Virus record (IMG/VR): IMGVR_UViG_3300035703_000003
DNA length: 64,000 nt
Direction: 5' to 3' (one strand)
Origin: a virus
Lineage: Duplodnaviria; Heunggongvirae; Uroviricota; Caudoviricetes
The position numbers and the translations under genes were made by a program. Under the pieces are notes generated by a model. It searched no databases and was not told the origin of the DNA. It saw nothing but the letters and a program-made list of their open reading frames with translations. Below are positions 40,915-49,684 of the stretch, piece after piece; position 1 is the stretch's first letter; the number at the start of each line of letters is the position of its first letter.

Positions 40915-41438
40915 ATGATTTTTACACACTATTTGATCCTTCACACATAGATTATAACACACAAAGTATTATTGACTTGTGTGATTATTATACTGCAAAT
41001 GCATTATGGGATGATATATATCCAGGTGTACACTTAAACAGTAAACGTTATAGTGAGGATTTTTTAAATACTGATGCTAAAATAATAATTGATAGCTTTC
41101 ATCCTGATTTAAACATATCATATAAACAAGCACAATTATTTCAAATGAATCCAGGGCAACAGGGTATTCTTCACAAAGACACAGATAGATCTGCAGGTAT
41201 ACTCTTTCCTGTAACTCCAATTGGTGATAACTTTTCTCCTATTATGTTTTACAACGAACAAAAAGAACTAGTTGAATCTTTAAACTACAGCCGTAATGCA
41301 ATTATACTAAATGTGTTAAATTATCACAATGTGGAATATACTAATAGTGTTAGAGTTAATTTTCAGATCGATTTTCATATACCTTATAACGAAGTAGTGG
41401 ATCTTTATAATCGAGGAAAATTATTTAAAGAACAGTAA
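40911..41438 (+). CDS. 2OG-Fe(II) oxygenase-like protein
   Basis: HKD...HNV...RVNFQ. Confidence 0.6.
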   Translation: MNDFYTLFDPSHIDYNTQSIIDLCDYYTANALWDDIYPGVHLNSKRYSEDFLNTDAKIIIDSFHPDLNISYKQAQLFQMNPGQQGILHKDTDRSAGILFPVTPIGDNFSPIMFYNEQKELVESLNYSRNAIILNVLNYHNVEYTNSVRVNFQIDFHIPYNEVVDLYNRGKLFKEQ

Positions 41439-41447
41439 ATAATAATA

Positions 41448-42005
41448 ATGCACAACAATTATTTTAATCACGTAGACATTTCGGCTCTGGGTATCAGTTT
41501 AACTGACTTGCGTAAAGAGCATGAACAATTTGAATTTAATGTGTTGAGATTCGAACAAGATGCTGATGTTGCTGATTGGTTTAATCTACAAACAACATGG
41601 TGGGTAGCTGCAGTACACGACCTATCTTCTGCGCCGTTAATCAAAAAGATAGTGACAACACTAGAGAGTGTGTTAGATACACCATTTCTAATAGATAACG
41701 CATTGAGAGACACTATAGGTGTCCGCTTTTACTTGCAAAAGCAAGGAGCAGGTCTAATAGAGCACCAAGATTACCCTGAGAGCAGTGTTGCGTTAAATTT
41801 TACATTCGACGATAATGTTGCTCCACTGAGCTTTAGTGAAATAGGTGATGTTTATTATCGTTGTTGCTTGTTTAATGTGTCACATTTTCATTATGTTAAA
41901 CCTAGTCCGTTAGATAGGCTTATGCTTAGGATAACACCAATGAATTCTAACTATCAGGATGTATGTGATAAATTTGCATCTGCTGGATTAATTCAACAAC
42001 CGTAA
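41448..42005 (+). CDS. 2OG-Fe(II) oxygenase-like protein
   Basis: HQD...ALNF...HYV...RLML. Confidence 0.6.
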   Translation: MHNNYFNHVDISALGISLTDLRKEHEQFEFNVLRFEQDADVADWFNLQTTWWVAAVHDLSSAPLIKKIVTTLESVLDTPFLIDNALRDTIGVRFYLQKQGAGLIEHQDYPESSVALNFTFDDNVAPLSFSEIGDVYYRCCLFNVSHFHYVKPSPLDRLMLRITPMNSNYQDVCDKFASAGLIQQP

Positions 42006-42464
42006 TACCCACTGTTCTCCAGCGTCATTGGGTAATACTTCTTTTTTAATTATCCAGTTATACTTTGAGTACTTTACGAAATGTTGAAAAAGATTAGGAC
42101 TCTCTTCTCTACTAACCCATATGTTAGTATAGCCTAAGTTAAATGCGTATGCAGTGCTAGCATCTAATGTTCGGACACCCCTTTTCAGATCAGCTACCCA
42201 ACCACCAAAGTCATAATTTCGAGATCGGGTGTGTCTGCTCATAATGCGGATACTACCATTGTATTCCGGACGTTCGATTCCTGCGCTATAGTAAATCAGT
42301 TCAGACAATTCAGTATCCCACGCCATTCTAGAAAACTTGGTGTATTCAAATAGTGGGTTCTTTATATAATTGTCAGCATGTTTGTGGTCTGCGTTCTGTG
42401 CAAACAACGTTTTAATATCTGATATATGCGGTTCGATCGGTCCTAAGTACCACTTAAATCTCAT
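41988..42464 (-). CDS. GNAT-like hypothetical protein
   Basis: YSAG.ERP....IRIMSR and IWVSRE, shared with 31895..32494. Confidence 0.45.
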   Translation of the reverse strand: MRFKWYLGPIEPHISDIKTLFAQNADHKHADNYIKNPLFEYTKFSRMAWDTELSELIYYSAGIERPEYNGSIRIMSRHTRSRNYDFGGWVADLKRGVRTLDASTAYAFNLGYTNIWVSREESPNLFQHFVKYSKYNWIIKKEVLPNDAGEQWVLRLLN

Positions 42465-42474
42465 TTATATTATC

Positions 42475-43080
42475 CTAGACACTTGACTTATAAAAATAAT
42501 CTTTCGCTAACATAGGATCCCAGCCATGGCCAGCACATACTAATGCCACAGACCATCTAACTGTGTTATTGGGATTTATAGCATTGTGTATTCTTTGATT
42601 GTTAATAATTGTAGGTCTAGATAACTCTATGCTGTCGGTTACAGTTAGATCGTCGCTATTGACATCCCATACAGTTCTTTGTTCACCTAAACTATTTGTG
42701 TAAGTTTTTAATACAGGTGGAGTTGACGAAACATAAAACTCCAGTCTGGTATTTTTTGTATTTTTTATCGGAAATAATATAGCCCACGGATTATCTGAAT
42801 TATCTATGTGTGGGCGGGTACTTTCGTTTTCAGTAATACAATTAACCATAAATTTTGTATCCAATGGCAACTGTAACTTTTCTCTGAATTTAGTTATGTT
42901 AGTTAGATTGTTGAATGGATTAGTTGAATCCAAACTCCCAAAAAAATGAACAGTGTTTTCTTCGATAAAAATATTTTCAAAAATTGTTGTTTCTAACTCT
43001 TTATGCAATTCGTCAAAATTATCAATTTCTAACTCATAATAGTTTTCATATTCATCGAAATTCTTATCTCTATAGTCCAT
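42475..43080 (-). CDS. 2OG-Fe(II) oxygenase-like protein
   Basis: PHID...ILFP...HNAIN...RWS. Confidence 0.6.
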   Translation of the reverse strand: MDYRDKNFDEYENYYELEIDNFDELHKELETTIFENIFIEENTVHFFGSLDSTNPFNNLTNITKFREKLQLPLDTKFMVNCITENESTRPHIDNSDNPWAILFPIKNTKNTRLEFYVSSTPPVLKTYTNSLGEQRTVWDVNSDDLTVTDSIELSRPTIINNQRIHNAINPNNTVRWSVALVCAGHGWDPMLAKDYFYKSSV

Positions 43081-43690
43081 AATTTTCTATGTCCTCGTGA
43101 CCGTCCAAACTAAACATCAATGCAATTCGAGGCTGATCGCTCATGTTAGCAACTGCGTGTGGATATGCAATATTGAGGAAGTATGCACGACCGTCTTGTA
43201 AATTGTATGCTTCCAGTTTATCATCTCTTTTAAATAAGTTTACAACATTGTCTCCTCCATATATAGGACATATGCAACGTACTGCATAACTTACATCATA
43301 ATCTACATGAAAAGGAATCATCTTACCTGGGGCAAGTTTAGTGATACGTACACGACTAGCAGTAGCCTTAAGCTGAGTAACAACCTGTTCAAAGTAACTG
43401 CCGGTATATTCAGGAGTAGGAACATTATACAAGTGTTCTTCTCGTCTACGCAGTCTTTCCTTGATACTTGCTTCGTAAGGTAAAATTTCACTAGGTGTTG
43501 TTAAATTGATTTGTTCAAAATTGTCGTAAACGTTTTTGACAAGTTCCATATGATTATCGCACAGCATAGGATTAGCAGTTCGAACATCTACAAACTTTTC
43601 CGCAATCTTATTAAATTCTTCTCGTAATCTAGCCAAGTCGATGTCTAAACCTAAGTCAGCAATAGATGGTAACTGATGTTTCTTTTTCAT
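43070..43690 (-). CDS. Asp/Asn beta-hydroxylase-like 2OG oxygenase
   Basis: RVRITKL.PG..IPFHVD...HAVAN...RIALM. Confidence 0.8.
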   Translation of the reverse strand: MKKKHQLPSIADLGLDIDLARLREEFNKIAEKFVDVRTANPMLCDNHMELVKNVYDNFEQINLTTPSEILPYEASIKERLRRREEHLYNVPTPEYTGSYFEQVVTQLKATASRVRITKLAPGKMIPFHVDYDVSYAVRCICPIYGGDNVVNLFKRDDKLEAYNLQDGRAYFLNIAYPHAVANMSDQPRIALMFSLDGHEDIENYGL

Positions 43691-44463
43691 TTATAAACTC
43701 CTGCAAGACATATTCTTGCTACGTCTTTGTATCTTCTGAACTTCTTATACTCGTCTTGCGTAGTGCAAGCAAGCCATACACTATCGCTGGGTGTAAATCC
43801 TAGCGCATCGCATACTCTTTTTTGTTTGTCGGTCAATGTATTATATACATAGTCTATATCAAATTTACTTATAATAGTTTCTGCAATATTATGTGCAAAG
43901 TAGTTATAGTATTTTGCACTGTATATTAACGACTCGAGTTTTGAGTCGGGATTACGACTGAAATACCAACCAGTTCTGATATTACCGATCCCAAAACTTT
44001 TGCTTAAACTATAAAAAGCATATTCAACATTATTACTTATTTCAATTGGTTTGACTCTAGTACTGCCCACATATGCGAGGTCTAGTGCCACAGGAACATC
44101 AGTTCTAACATCTGCAAAGTTCCCGTCTATTGCACTAGGAACGCTTTGATAAAACATATAAGACGAACTACTTTTAGTTTCGATCCATTGGTAGTCACCT
44201 GTGTTCATTTGAACACCACGTGTTTCTCTGTTATACCACCAGTTCAGACCTTCTGTTATTCCGTTCATTGGATACACAGAAAACCCAGATAGATCGACTA
44301 CGGGTTTAAGCCAATCAATGATACTTGTTTTGTAGTGCTGTACTGAATCATATGTAGGTATCAGCCCCTCTATGCTATTTTTAACATCAGGCAGAGTAAA
44401 CGTTCTAACCGCTAGGCTTTGATTTAATAAAAACTCTTTCAATTGTCCATCCTGCAATATCAA
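43687..44463 (-). CDS. Short PLP-dependent enzyme
   Basis: NGITEGL, LDLAY, SLSKSFG...RTG. Confidence 0.7.
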   Translation of the reverse strand: MILQDGQLKEFLLNQSLAVRTFTLPDVKNSIEGLIPTYDSVQHYKTSIIDWLKPVVDLSGFSVYPMNGITEGLNWWYNRETRGVQMNTGDYQWIETKSSSSYMFYQSVPSAIDGNFADVRTDVPVALDLAYVGSTRVKPIEISNNVEYAFYSLSKSFGIGNIRTGWYFSRNPDSKLESLIYSAKYYNYFAHNIAETIISKFDIDYVYNTLTDKQKRVCDALGFTPSDSVWLACTTQDEYKKFRRYKDVARICLAGVYK

Positions 44464-45040
44464 ATTTATTTAACCTGTACGCCATTGGGTGATTATGATG
44501 ATATCTGTGCCAGCCTTCGCCTGGTGCAATAATATTCATAAATGGAACATCTAAAGGCTTGCCATCCTTATGCGCTAACCAATTAAGTAAACCGAATCCG
44601 ATCCACGAAAGCACAAATGGCATAACAACAAAAATTATGAAAAAATCAATACCTAACAACAGCATAGCAGCAGCATATGTGAAATGGATGTGTTTTCTAT
44701 ATCTATGAAAGAATACTACCCGTGGGTTCTTTAGTAAGTCCACAATATATTTTTTAGGAATATATTCTACATGCCATCTGCTAGTGATAACACGCCATAT
44801 GCCCACGTATACGGGGCTGTGTGGGTCGTCTACGGTATCTGACTTTGCATGATGCATACGATGTACTGCAGCCCATGTAAGGGCACTACGCCCGCCGCAT
44901 ATTGTTCCAAAGAATAGCATAACATACTCTAAGAATACACTTGTCTTAAAACTGCGATGAGTAAAGTATCGATGGTATCCTATGCTGATACCAATGAGTG
45001 CTGCAAAGTAATAAAATAGATAACCGTGAAGTAATATCAT
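44405..45040 (-). CDS. Membrane fatty acid desaturase
   Basis: HRYFTH, HRMHH, GEGWHRYHH. Confidence 0.9.
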   Translation of the reverse strand: MILLHGYLFYYFAALIGISIGYHRYFTHRSFKTSVFLEYVMLFFGTICGGRSALTWAAVHRMHHAKSDTVDDPHSPVYVGIWRVITSRWHVEYIPKKYIVDLLKNPRVVFFHRYRKHIHFTYAAAMLLLGIDFFIIFVVMPFVLSWIGFGLLNWLAHKDGKPLDVPFMNIIAPGEGWHRYHHNHPMAYRLNKFDIAGWTIERVFIKSKPSG

Positions 45041-45930
45041 ACTGCCATTACTGCCTTTATACTCTCCATTGGGGCATAGTTGATAAGTTTATAATCGCTT
45101 GTTTTCGTAGCAAGTAATTCGTTGATGTTATTAAATGCAGGCATTAACAAGTGTGGCAACGCCATTGGAGTTCTAGTAAGTTGTTCAGTTACTTGTTCAA
45201 AATGATTTAAGTAAACGTGACAATCTCCGCCAGACCATATAAAGTCACCCACTGTAAGTTCGCAAATTTGTGCAATCATGTGTGTGAGTAGGCTGTAACT
45301 TGCGATGTTAAACGGAACACCTAAGAACATGTCTGCACTACGTTGATATAGTTGACAGCTTAGTTTATTGTCAATGACCCTAAACTGTGCGAATGCATGA
45401 CACGGAGGCAGTGCCATTTCAGATAATTGGTTAGGGTTCCATGCTGATAAGATAAGTCGTCTTGAGTCTGGATTAGTTCTAATTTCGTGGATAAGCCATT
45501 TGAGTTGGTCTGTTCCTTCGACGTAGTTGAAATCGTCCTTAGCGAGGTTCGGTCCATCAAAGCTACGCCATTGTCTTCCGTAGACGGGACCAAGTTCTTT
45601 ATGGGTATCAGTATTGATGTATCCCAGAGCCCTGCCTTGTGCATCAGCATTGGCTGTCCAAATAGTAGATCTTCCTGCCAGCTCTGATCTCGGCTTTTCG
45701 AAAGTAATTTCTGCCAATCTTCTTTCATCTGTTGATCCTTCTAAGAACCATAGTAGTTCTCCTACTACAGCACGCCACGCTAGTTTTTTAGTTGTTACTG
45801 CAGGAAAACCTTCGTTAAGATCAAAACGCATTTGGTATCCGAAGACACTACGAGTTCCTACACCTGTTCTGTCAGAAACAGTTTTTCCGTAAGTCATAAC
45901 ATGTTCTAGTGCATCATGATACTGTTTCAT
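45037..45930 (-). CDS. thyA: Thymidylate synthase
   Basis: DRTGVG, SRRL, LPPCH, YQRSAD, PFN; start ATG 45930. Confidence 0.97.
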   Translation of the reverse strand: MKQYHDALEHVMTYGKTVSDRTGVGTRSVFGYQMRFDLNEGFPAVTTKKLAWRAVVGELLWFLEGSTDERRLAEITFEKPRSELAGRSTIWTANADAQGRALGYINTDTHKELGPVYGRQWRSFDGPNLAKDDFNYVEGTDQLKWLIHEIRTNPDSRRLILSAWNPNQLSEMALPPCHAFAQFRVIDNKLSCQLYQRSADMFLGVPFNIASYSLLTHMIAQICELTVGDFIWSGGDCHVYLNHFEQVTEQLTRTPMALPHLLMPAFNNINELLATKTSDYKLINYAPMESIKAVMAV

Positions 45931-46400
45931 TTTCTTGCCCACTTTTCAATATATAAATCGCTGTCGGTCTCTTCTGCGTCATATAAGTTAAACTTATCCA
46001 TAATCAAGTCTGCAGGAAGGAATGTATCGCAGTCGTAGATGCATTGGATTCGACTTAGATAAAATTCGTCGATAATATCCAAACAATGCTCGATAAGTTG
46101 TGCGCCGCCTATGATCCACACATCTTTATGAAACTTTATTTGTGGTAGTATTTTGTAAAAGCTACGCATGTCTACTACTACGTCTGGGCCTTTTATAAGA
46201 CCAGAAGTAACAACGATGTTTTCTCTATTAGGCAAAGGTTTAACGGGCAAACTTTCCCAAGTTTTTCTGCCCATTACTATAGTTGAGTTGTTAGTGTGTT
46301 GCTTGAACCATTTAAGGTCTGCTGAATTGTGTGGCCAAGGAAGGGCACCGTTTTTACCGATGCCCCATTCCTGGTCACAAGCTAGTATCGCTTTGATCAT
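45927..46400 (-). CDS. folA: Dihydrofolate reductase
   Basis: IGKNGALPW..DLKWF, MGRKTWES, LPNR, IIGG. Confidence 0.97.
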   Translation of the reverse strand: MIKAILACDQEWGIGKNGALPWPHNSADLKWFKQHTNNSTIVMGRKTWESLPVKPLPNRENIVVTSGLIKGPDVVVDMRSFYKILPQIKFHKDVWIIGGAQLIEHCLDIIDEFYLSRIQCIYDCDTFLPADLIMDKFNLYDAEETDSDLYIEKWARK

Positions 46401-46704
46401 TTTTTTTATTGAGTAAGTTGTTTACTTTTTCGCTTACGTCTTGTTCGAGGTCTGCATAGTTAACAACAATTTCAATATTACTGATGTTGCTACCATAGTC
46501 CTCACCCATTTCGTCGGCTACTGCCATTATGAAGCTGACAATATTATCAGCTTCAATATCTTCAAGGTCTTCGCCTTCAAATAATACACGATCTCCGTTT
46601 TCTAAAACTACTGTTAGAGTATCAATGTATTCGACCGGAACTTGATCGATTTCAATTTCTCTAACAATGTTTTGAAAACTACGATCTTTTTTCTTAATCG
46701 GCAT
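46375..46704 (-). CDS. Hypothetical acidic protein
   Basis: ORF overlapping both neighbours. Confidence 0.7.
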   Translation of the reverse strand: MPIKKKDRSFQNIVREIEIDQVPVEYIDTLTVVLENGDRVLFEGEDLEDIEADNIVSFIMAVADEMGEDYGSNISNIEIVVNYADLEQDVSEKVNNLLNKKNDQSDTSL

Positions 46705-47356
46705 TTTTTGGCTTACGACCTGCTTTTGGCTTCAACGTAGGAGCCATTGCGTATGCTTCTGCTTTTAAACGCTCTGCTTCTGCTAGGAATGTGTTTGCTT
46801 GTAATAGCATGTTTTTGGCAATAGCAGTGTCGTCTAATACTGTTTCGCCTGGAACTGAAACTGCTTGGTCAATAGTTTGTGAATGGTCAAGTCGAATGTT
46901 AGTTGACTTGCCATCCATACCACGTGGCGCTTTATCTGTATCATCGACCATACTGTTACGAATATCCGACTCACTCATTCCTGTTGCTTTTTTACGAATG
47001 ATAGTATTAACCTCACTCAATTTAATCGCAGTGCTAGGGTTAGGTGTTAGTTCAATTTGACTAGTTGGATATTTACGTAGGTAGTTACGACGATGTAAGC
47101 TATTCAACATGTTTGTGCCATCAGCAAAACGACTACGGTGTGCAATTTCAAAGAAATTTGCGACACTTTGTCCTTCGCTGCTTTCAACAACACGAATAAC
47201 ATCGTCATGTTCCATATCAGGGAGTCGTTCAGTTTCGACAACTAAACAGTTGTTAGGGTCAATGACGTTACCCTTTTCGTCATAAATTTCACGGAATACT
47301 ACAACACATTTTACGTTTGTGTTTGCGACTCTTCCTATATGTTTTAAATTTGCCAT
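46694..47356 (-). CDS. Hypothetical phage protein
   Basis: Strong GGAGGAG RBS; 220 aa. Confidence 0.8.
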   Translation of the reverse strand: MANLKHIGRVANTNVKCVVVFREIYDEKGNVIDPNNCLVVETERLPDMEHDDVIRVVESSEGQSVANFFEIAHRSRFADGTNMLNSLHRRNYLRKYPTSQIELTPNPSTAIKLSEVNTIIRKKATGMSESDIRNSMVDDTDKAPRGMDGKSTNIRLDHSQTIDQAVSVPGETVLDDTAIAKNMLLQANTFLAEAERLKAEAYAMAPTLKPKAGRKPKNAD

Positions 47357-47371
47357 TGGATACTCCTCCTA

Positions 47372-47617
47372 TTAGGCAGTAGCTTGTGGCTGTGTTTCAG
47401 AAATTTGTGCAGCTTGTGCAGCCTGTGTGGCTTGGACAAATGCAGTCAACTTGTTATAAACAGCACCAACTTGTGCAGCTTCGCCTGCACGGAATGCACC
47501 ACGTGACACAGCCGCATCAATGATTTGTGCAGCATTCTGCAGATCATTTAGCGATAGAGCTGGTGCTTCTACTGCAGGTGCTGATTCTGTTGTGATGTTG
47601 TTATTTTCTTCTGACAT
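47372..47617 (-). CDS. Hypothetical phage protein
   Basis: AGGAG RBS; GATAAATA motif at 47647-47654. Confidence 0.8.
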   Translation of the reverse strand: MSEENNNITTESAPAVEAPALSLNDLQNAAQIIDAAVSRGAFRAGEAAQVGAVYNKLTAFVQATQAAQAAQISETQPQATA

Positions 47618-47645
47618 TGTATACTCCTGTTAATTATATACGCAC

Positions 47646-47930
47646 TTATTTATCTTCATTTCCTGTCTGTGACAGCTTAAATGCGATTATATTGGCTCTA
47701 AAATTTTCGTAATCTTGTGGATTTTCGAACCAAAATTGAAATAGTTTGCTGCCCAGACTTTTAATATGATAAAAGCCCTTACAGCCTGAAAAATCTAATT
47801 TATCTATATTAGGTGAAACATCGAATTCAACAATGATACGATGCTTCAACATATTTGTGAGTACTGCAGTGCCTATTAGATACTGCAGATCCTCTTCACT
47901 TAGTGAGAATTTTTGTTCTACTATTCTCAT
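47646..47930 (-). CDS. Hypothetical protein
   Basis: Start ATG 47930 just after CATAAGTA. Confidence 0.65.
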   Translation of the reverse strand: MRIVEQKFSLSEEDLQYLIGTAVLTNMLKHRIIVEFDVSPNIDKLDFSGCKGFYHIKSLGSKLFQFWFENPQDYENFRANIIAFKLSQTGNEDK

Positions 47931-47934
47931 ATAC

Positions 47935-49125
47935 TTATGCTCGAGACTTGGCCTTCTCAGTGTAGTAAACACTCTGGCCGAACGGAGCAACGGGTTTGTG
48001 ATAACGGTTCTTGATTAGGAACAGTGTATCGCAGTAGTCCTCGATACCCCATTTACCAAACGGTTCTCCGTCAGTAAACATAAGGAACTGGTTGGGTTCG
48101 ATTTCGTTTGCAATCATATGCTCCCAGTTACACATAAAGTCAGTGCCACCACCGCCAGTCATTTTAAATTCGGTAATCGAACGACCGTCGTCACTAGTGA
48201 ATACATCATGCCCGCTAACACGAGTATCGAAGCACCACACGTCCATGCGATAGTTTTCGAACTGATCCATGATGCCCTGGATTTCGCTAAGGAAATCACG
48301 GATGTCGTCGTTGCCGATAGAACCGCTAACGTCGATACCGACAGCAATATTGATCTGCTGATCTTTTTTCATGCCTGGGAGAACAAAGTCGTGAAACTGA
48401 CTCTTACGGTTAGGACGCATGAAAGTAAAGTCGCTAATAAGATTGCTCTCAAGCGACACACGAATCATCTGACGCCAGTCCATTTGCGGAGAAGTAAGAG
48501 CACCAATCATACGACGGATATCGCCAGGAACGTTGCCTGCACCAACTGCCTGTGCAGCCTGCATAATAACGTTCTTCATTTCGTCGCTGATAGCCTTAGC
48601 ATCACTTTCGCCGATAGTAGGTTTACCATCCTTGTCAGGATTACCATCGCCCATCTCGATATGAACGTCTAACGTTTGCTGCGGTGCTGCACCTTGTTGA
48701 ATTAGGTCGTCGTAAACAGTTTCGGTCCACCAGTCGTCGCTTGCATATTTTTTATCATACAGCGGCTTTACAGTAGTGATAAGACGACCGATGTTTTCAC
48801 GCACTAGCATAGCGTTAATTTTATAGTCGCCTGCCATGTTCCAGATTTTGCCATCACGGTCGCCACGACGAATGAAATGTTCGTAAATGCAGTGACCAAC
48901 TTCGTGACCTACCAAGAACACAGTTTCATCCATGTCCAGCTTCATAACGAATTCTGGGTTGTAATAAAAACGACGACCGTCGGTAGCAGCGGTGGGAAGC
49001 CAACCGCCGGGTTCAACTTCTACAAGTTCAAGTCGGCAAGCGATGTTACCGAAAAACGGCTGTTTAAACAACATACGGACACGAGCGGCAACGAGCTTCT
49101 CGCCTGCAGTTTTAAAATCTTGCAT
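47935..49125 (-). CDS. DUF2201-type metallopeptidase-like + VWA domain protein
   Basis: TAATDG, HEVGH, DVSGS (MIDAS), GGGGTDF, FTDG. Confidence 0.88.
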   Translation of the reverse strand: MQDFKTAGEKLVAARVRMLFKQPFFGNIACRLELVEVEPGGWLPTAATDGRRFYYNPEFVMKLDMDETVFLVGHEVGHCIYEHFIRRGDRDGKIWNMAGDYKINAMLVRENIGRLITTVKPLYDKKYASDDWWTETVYDDLIQQGAAPQQTLDVHIEMGDGNPDKDGKPTIGESDAKAISDEMKNVIMQAAQAVGAGNVPGDIRRMIGALTSPQMDWRQMIRVSLESNLISDFTFMRPNRKSQFHDFVLPGMKKDQQINIAVGIDVSGSIGNDDIRDFLSEIQGIMDQFENYRMDVWCFDTRVSGHDVFTSDDGRSITEFKMTGGGGTDFMCNWEHMIANEIEPNQFLMFTDGEPFGKWGIEDYCDTLFLIKNRYHKPVAPFGQSVYYTEKAKSRA

Positions 49126-49140
49126 AGTAGTCTCCTTTGT

Positions 49141-49178
49141 TTACAGTTTGACTATAGCAGAACCAGCTATAATGTCAA
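49141..49178 (-). promoter_or_regulatory. Early sigma70-type promoter
   Basis: TTGACA-N16-TATAGT-N5-TGTAA, then AAGGAG. Confidence 0.7.
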
Positions 49179-49630
49179 CCAATAGTTTCATGAAGTTTTG
49201 ATTGGATCTCAAGGAAGAACCTATGATACTTAGCCATACGCTCAATGTCCTTTTCAGAGATGCCTTTAAGCCGACGAATGTCCGAATTGTGTGTCAGATC
49301 GGCTTTTTTAACACGCATTGCATCGATGTTCGAAAAAACTCCGACTTTGTATTCGTCGTAAGTCTGACCGGGCATCTTGGTAAGTAGCGCAACAGCATTA
49401 ACTACACGTTCAGAAAACCCTGCTTCTCTGAGTTCAGCAAAGGTAGTTTTAGTGTCTTCGATTACATCGTGCAGTAGCGCAACGCATTGTAGTTCTTCAT
49501 CTGGATTTTCCAGTAGATTCATTACTGAAAACACATGAAGGATATAAGGATTTCCGCCCTTGTCAAACTGCCCGTGATGAGCATTGGTAGCTAGGTGAAT
49601 AGCTTTGGATAGTAGTTCGCCTTTTTTCAT
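49175..49630 (-). CDS. HD-domain hydrolase (SpoT/Mesh1-like small alarmone hydrolase)
   Basis: AH.GQ.DKGG.PYILH, ALLHDVIEDT, VKKADL.HN. Confidence 0.85.
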   Translation of the reverse strand: MKKGELLSKAIHLATNAHHGQFDKGGNPYILHVFSVMNLLENPDEELQCVALLHDVIEDTKTTFAELREAGFSERVVNAVALLTKMPGQTYDEYKVGVFSNIDAMRVKKADLTHNSDIRRLKGISEKDIERMAKYHRFFLEIQSKLHETIG

Positions 49631-49646
49631 AGTATTGTCTCCTTTG

Positions 49647-49684
49647 CTACAGTTATATAATAGCAAATCTAGAACCTATGTCAA
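49647..49684 (-). promoter_or_regulatory. Early sigma70-type promoter
   Basis: TTGACA-N16-TATTAT-N5-TGTAG, then AAGGAG. Confidence 0.7.

Noticed and set aside
1-45040. A classical bacterial secondary-metabolite or RiPP cluster
   Set aside because: No scaffold synthase, transporter, peptidase or regulator was seen, and the flanks and promoters are phage-like
45037-45930. thyA as an intron host or as a dCMP hydroxymethylase
   Set aside because: The ORF is uninterrupted, keeps the dUMP-specific Asn and is coupled to DHFR
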